A DNA stretch of 64,000 nucleotides. It comes from Desulfatiglandales bacterium. Its GTDB lineage: Bacteria; Desulfobacterota; DSM-4660; Desulfatiglandales; HGW-15. A model generated the notes under the pieces. It had not been told where the DNA came from. It did no database searches and saw nothing but the letters and a program-made list of their open reading frames with translations. This document shows positions 60,298 to 64,000 of this stretch, piece after piece. The stretch covers positions 1,216,001-1,280,000 of the forward strand of contig CAXXJJ010000004.1 of the NCBI GenBank assembly GCA_963667015.2, given 5' to 3'. Position 1 is the stretch's first letter. The number at the start of each line of letters is the position of its first letter. The position numbers and the translations under genes were made by a program.

Positions 60298-60451
60298 CGC
60301 TCAAGACGCTAAGAGCGCAAAGAAATTATAATATTTTTATCTTCGTGTCTTGTATGGCAATCTTTGTTATGTAGCCACTAAGGCACTAAGACACAAAGTT
60401 TTTTTAAATTTATGCTTTTGCTTTTCTTCGTGCCTTTGTGGCTTAGTGGCT
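60298..60451. repeat. Octamer-repeat palindromic intergenic elements (REP-like)
   Basis: AGCCACTAAGGCACTAAGACACAAAG (60373-60398) / CTTCGTGCCTTTGTGGCTTAGTGGCT (60426-60451), plus a degenerate copy at 60298-60358. Confidence 0.65.
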
Positions 60452-60463
60452 GTTTTAAATTTT

Positions 60464-63400
60464 TTAAGAAAAATCTTCCGGTTTTGTTCCCGTCAGTTTA
60501 TAAAATGGCGCCCAGTATGCCCTCTTCATCTTTTTTATACCCTTTTCGTAGGCAATCCCTGATGTATACATAAATGAATACAAGGTCGGGACAACTACAA
60601 GGGTCAAAATAGTCGCTATTGCGAGTCCGAATATTACCGCAATAGCCATTGATGACCACCACTGGCTGGATTCACTCACCCAGCATATCTCCATAATATG
60701 AAAGTCATAGGATATACCTGTAACCATTGGCAATAACCCGAGTATTGTTGTTATGGCTGTTAAAATAACAGGTCTCAGTCTGGTACATCCCGCAGCAACT
60801 ATTGCATCCCTTACTTGCATGCCCCGTTCACGAAGCCTGTTTGTATAGTCGATAAGTACAATAGCATTATTTACCACAACACCTACAAGTGAAATAACAC
60901 CAACGCCGGTCATTATTACCCCAAAGGGATAATGCATGACAGTAAGCCCGAAAAATACCCCTCCAAGCGACAGGAGGACCGATATCATAATAATTGTAAC
61001 CTGTGCAATGGAATTAAAAAGCGCAACCAGGATAATAACTACAAGAAAAACAGAGACTAAAAATGCCATTTCAAGAAAATCTTCAGACTCCTTCTGCATA
61101 TCTTCTTCACCGGTGAACTTGATATTATAACCGGGAGGCAGGTCAAATTTGGCAAGGTATTTTTCAGCTTCACGCCTTATATCGGAACCCGTAACAACAT
61201 CCTCATCAACACTGGCCTTTACCGTAACCACCCTCTCCTCATTTATCCTGTTTATCTGTCCGAGCCCACCTGTTACCTCGAATTTAGCAATGGTACTTAA
61301 AGGGACAAGCCCCTGAGCTGTGGGTATAAGCAGTTCCCGAAGGATGTCTGTCTTTTTTCGCGCATCTTCTCCAAGCTGTATTGTAATATCATAATCATCA
61401 TTGGATTCACGGTATGTTGATATTTTCATGCCGTTATATGCAATCTTTAGTACAAACCCAATAGTGTTGGTAGAAAGGCCAAGCATGGCAGCCTTCTGCC
61501 TGTCAACATGTACTTTTATAGTGGGAGATCCTGCAACAAAATCATCACGCACATCATATACAAAAGGCATTTTTTCAAGGACGTCACAGACCTGTTTGGC
61601 AATACTGCCAAGAATTTCCGGTCTATCACCTGATATTTCAATATTAATGGCATCCCCGGTCGGAGGACCCTCCTCCTCTTCTGAAAGAGTTATCTTGCCT
61701 CCGACTACATTTTTTATTCTGTCCCTTATCATGCTGATATTCTCAGATGATGATTTATTTCTCTCCTTCAACCCATATAACTGTACCCCTATCCGGTTTG
61801 GAGAATTGTCCTCAAACAGAGATACCCCTCCGGACTGAACAGAAACTGCGCGGGAGTTTATGTACTCAACATCCGACATATCAGTGATGCCTTCAACCTT
61901 CTGCCCATCTTTTAAGGTATGTTTTTTATTATCCCTGTCGGCATTATAGCAGTCAGAAGGTTCTTCATCCGGTGCCGGCAACCCGTAGTCGGCACCTCTG
62001 CATAAAGCAAGCTCAACCTGTTTTGCCACCCTGTCGGAATAGTCCAGGTCAGCCCCTTCGGGCATTTCGATATTTATATAGATATCTTCAGGATCAATAC
62101 TGGGAAAAAACTCAACGGATTTATCAAGCCCTACCCTGTAAAACCAGATCATTATCAGTAATCCTACAATCAGAAAAGACATGAGAAGAACCGGGAGTCT
62201 GTTATTCAGTGCACCTTCCAGCACCTTTTTGTAGAATTTTAATATAGGGCCATTTACGGCGATCGGGGCCTCACCTGCTTTTTCAACATCTTCAGCAGTT
62301 ATAGATCCCTTTGTGGTATCAGTCTGAGGCTGTTTCATAAATATAGCTGCCATTACAGGATTAATCACAAGGGCCACAAAAAGTGATGATAACAGGGTTA
62401 TAATTACTGTCTCCGGAAGATATTTCATAAACCCGCCCATTATACCCGGCCAGAATACGAGCGGGAAAAATGCAGCAACCGTTGTAAGGGTTGAAGCAGC
62501 AACAGGCATGGCCACTTCATTGGTGGCCTTTACCGCAGCCTGCATTTTCGGAACTCCCTGCTCCATATACCTGAAGATATTTTCAACAATAACAATAGCA
62601 TTATCTACAAGCATTCCCAAAGCAAGGGTAAGGGAAAAAAGCACAACCATATTAAGGGTTATTCCCAGGGCATCCAGAACTACAAATGAAATGAACATGG
62701 AAAATGGAATTGCAAGGCTTACAAGAATAGCATTTCTTATACCCATGGCAAAAAAAAGCACAAATATTACCAGCAGAAGACCGGTTATTATATTATTCTC
62801 CAGATCCTCCACCAGCATGCGTACATCTTTAGCCTCATTCATCAGCATTGTGATTTCGGTTCCTGCGGGCCATGATCCTGACTGCCTGTCTATTATCTCA
62901 TTTACCCTGTCGACAATCTTAATAATATTTTCACCTGAACGTTTTTTGATCTGTATATTGACGGCTGGATTACCATTTAACCGGGAACGTCCGGTCTCTT
63001 CCTTGTAGCCGTCAACTACCTTTGCTACATCCTTGAGATAAACAGGGCGTCCGCCATAAGTCCCCACAACAAGACCATAAATTTCATCCGGCGTCTTGAA
63101 TTCACCAGGCACCCTTAGCTGAAACCTGCCGTCTCCCATCCGGATACCCCCCCCGGAGGTATTCCTGTTTTCACTGGCAATTACAGACTGAAGTTCAACT
63201 ATGGAAAGACCGTAATAGGCAAGCTTTGACGGGTCCGGTTCAACCCTTATCTCCCTTTCAAGCCCTCCTGTTATTTCCGCTTCCAGGACTCCGGGGACGG
63301 CTTCTATCTCGTCACTCAGATCATCGGCAATATCCTTTATCCTGACAAGCCCGACTGTGCCGGATATTGAAAGAACAAGGATAGGCATTTCAGAGACATT

Positions 63401-63799
63401 TATTTCGCTTACAATGGGATCATCTTCAAGGTCGGATGGCAGTTCACCCTTTGCCATGTCAACCTTGTCCTTGGTTTTTGTGACCACCTCATCGATATCA
63501 GTGCCGGTTATAAATTCAATTACAATTGAACTTGCTCCTTCCACGCTGCTTGAACTTATATTCTTAACACCCTCAAGTCCCTTGAGCTTTTTTTCTATAG
63601 GGATTGTAATCGACTGTTCAATATCTTCAGGAGCAACACCGGAATACATGGTACTGATAAAGACATAGGGTATAGGAATATCAGGTGCCGACTCCCTTGG
63701 CATGGAATAATAGGACACTATCCCGAATATTATGAGACAAACTGACAATACTACTACGGCGGTTCTTTTTTTTACGGAAATCTCTGTTATGGAGGTCAT
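60464..63799 (-). CDS. AcrB/CzcA-family RND efflux permease
   Basis: GMLVDNAIVIVEN, GVVVNNAIVL, RLRPVILT, typical 12-TM architecture. Confidence 0.95.
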   Translation of the reverse strand: MTSITEISVKKRTAVVVLSVCLIIFGIVSYYSMPRESAPDIPIPYVFISTMYSGVAPEDIEQSITIPIEKKLKGLEGVKNISSSSVEGASSIVIEFITGTDIDEVVTKTKDKVDMAKGELPSDLEDDPIVSEINVSEMPILVLSISGTVGLVRIKDIADDLSDEIEAVPGVLEAEITGGLEREIRVEPDPSKLAYYGLSIVELQSVIASENRNTSGGGIRMGDGRFQLRVPGEFKTPDEIYGLVVGTYGGRPVYLKDVAKVVDGYKEETGRSRLNGNPAVNIQIKKRSGENIIKIVDRVNEIIDRQSGSWPAGTEITMLMNEAKDVRMLVEDLENNIITGLLLVIFVLFFAMGIRNAILVSLAIPFSMFISFVVLDALGITLNMVVLFSLTLALGMLVDNAIVIVENIFRYMEQGVPKMQAAVKATNEVAMPVAASTLTTVAAFFPLVFWPGIMGGFMKYLPETVIITLLSSLFVALVINPVMAAIFMKQPQTDTTKGSITAEDVEKAGEAPIAVNGPILKFYKKVLEGALNNRLPVLLMSFLIVGLLIMIWFYRVGLDKSVEFFPSIDPEDIYINIEMPEGADLDYSDRVAKQVELALCRGADYGLPAPDEEPSDCYNADRDNKKHTLKDGQKVEGITDMSDVEYINSRAVSVQSGGVSLFEDNSPNRIGVQLYGLKERNKSSSENISMIRDRIKNVVGGKITLSEEEEGPPTGDAINIEISGDRPEILGSIAKQVCDVLEKMPFVYDVRDDFVAGSPTIKVHVDRQKAAMLGLSTNTIGFVLKIAYNGMKISTYRESNDDYDITIQLGEDARKKTDILRELLIPTAQGLVPLSTIAKFEVTGGLGQINRINEERVVTVKASVDEDVVTGSDIRREAEKYLAKFDLPPGYNIKFTGEEDMQKESEDFLEMAFLVSVFLVVIILVALFNSIAQVTIIMISVLLSLGGVFFGLTVMHYPFGVIMTGVGVISLVGVVVNNAIVLIDYTNRLRERGMQVRDAIVAAGCTRLRPVILTAITTILGLLPMVTGISYDFHIMEICWVSESSQWWSSMAIAVIFGLAIATILTLVVVPTLYSFMYTSGIAYEKGIKKMKRAYWAPFYKLTGTKPEDFS

Positions 63800-64000
63800 G
63801 AATTAATAATCTCCCTGGGGTCCTTTACCATCTTGATAACATCGATTTTCTGACCGCTGTCCAGACTCCTTTGCCCCACAATAATAAGACGATCACCAGG
63901 CTCAAGACCTTTTTTAATCTGTATCTCCCAGTCTGAAAGTAATCCGAGTTCAACATTTCTTTTCTCGGCCTTGCCATCTTTCTCAACATATACAAACTTC
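63796..64000 (-). CDS. RND membrane-fusion (periplasmic adaptor) protein, C-terminal part (partial)
   Basis: KFVYVEKDGKAEKRNVELG...IKKGLEPGDRLIIVGQRSLDSGQKI; TGA overlaps the ATG of the permease. Confidence 0.85.
   Translation of the reverse strand, partial: KFVYVEKDGKAEKRNVELGLLSDWEIQIKKGLEPGDRLIIVGQRSLDSGQKIDVIKMVKDPREIINS

Overview
Low-GC bacterial DNA, most likely from a Desulfobacterota (deltaproteobacterial) anaerobe. This is inferred from the ffh-rpsP-khpA-rimM-trmD-(SPOUT MTase)-rplS-rnhB-yraN-rsmI-ptsH-ptsI-smpB-ssrA gene order, the sigma54 regulators and the outer-membrane proteins. The window has four parts. (1) 1-9.6 kb: type IV minor-pilin/PilY1 locus with a PilZ protein and a GspE/PilB-family ATPase. 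(2) 9.6-24.4 kb: housekeeping genes ending in tmRNA. (3) 24.5-50.3 kb: an accessory block directly after tmRNA. It starts with two promoter-plus-hairpin units that look like small-RNA genes. An 18-gene, ~20.6-kb minus-strand run follows, encoding what looks like a nearly complete anaerobic flavonoid catabolic pathway of the kind characterised in gut Firmicutes. It includes flavone reductase, bacterial chalcone isomerase, an Fcr/ERED-type reductase, phloretin hydrolase, phloroglucinol reductase, a cyclase-family hydrolase, a hydroxyacyl dehydrogenase and BKACE. The run also carries a Gram-negative DUF1302/DUF1329/YCF48/RND module and several unexplained enzymes, and sits under a sigma54 promoter with an IHF site, a UAS and a divergent PAS-domain activator. 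(4) 50.3-64 kb: regulators, gene remnants, an Mla ABC system whose ATPase carries a degenerate GGDEF domain with an intact I-site, a protease, TrmJ and an RND pump. Enzyme assignments rest on motifs and my recollection of characterised protein sequences; no database search was run.
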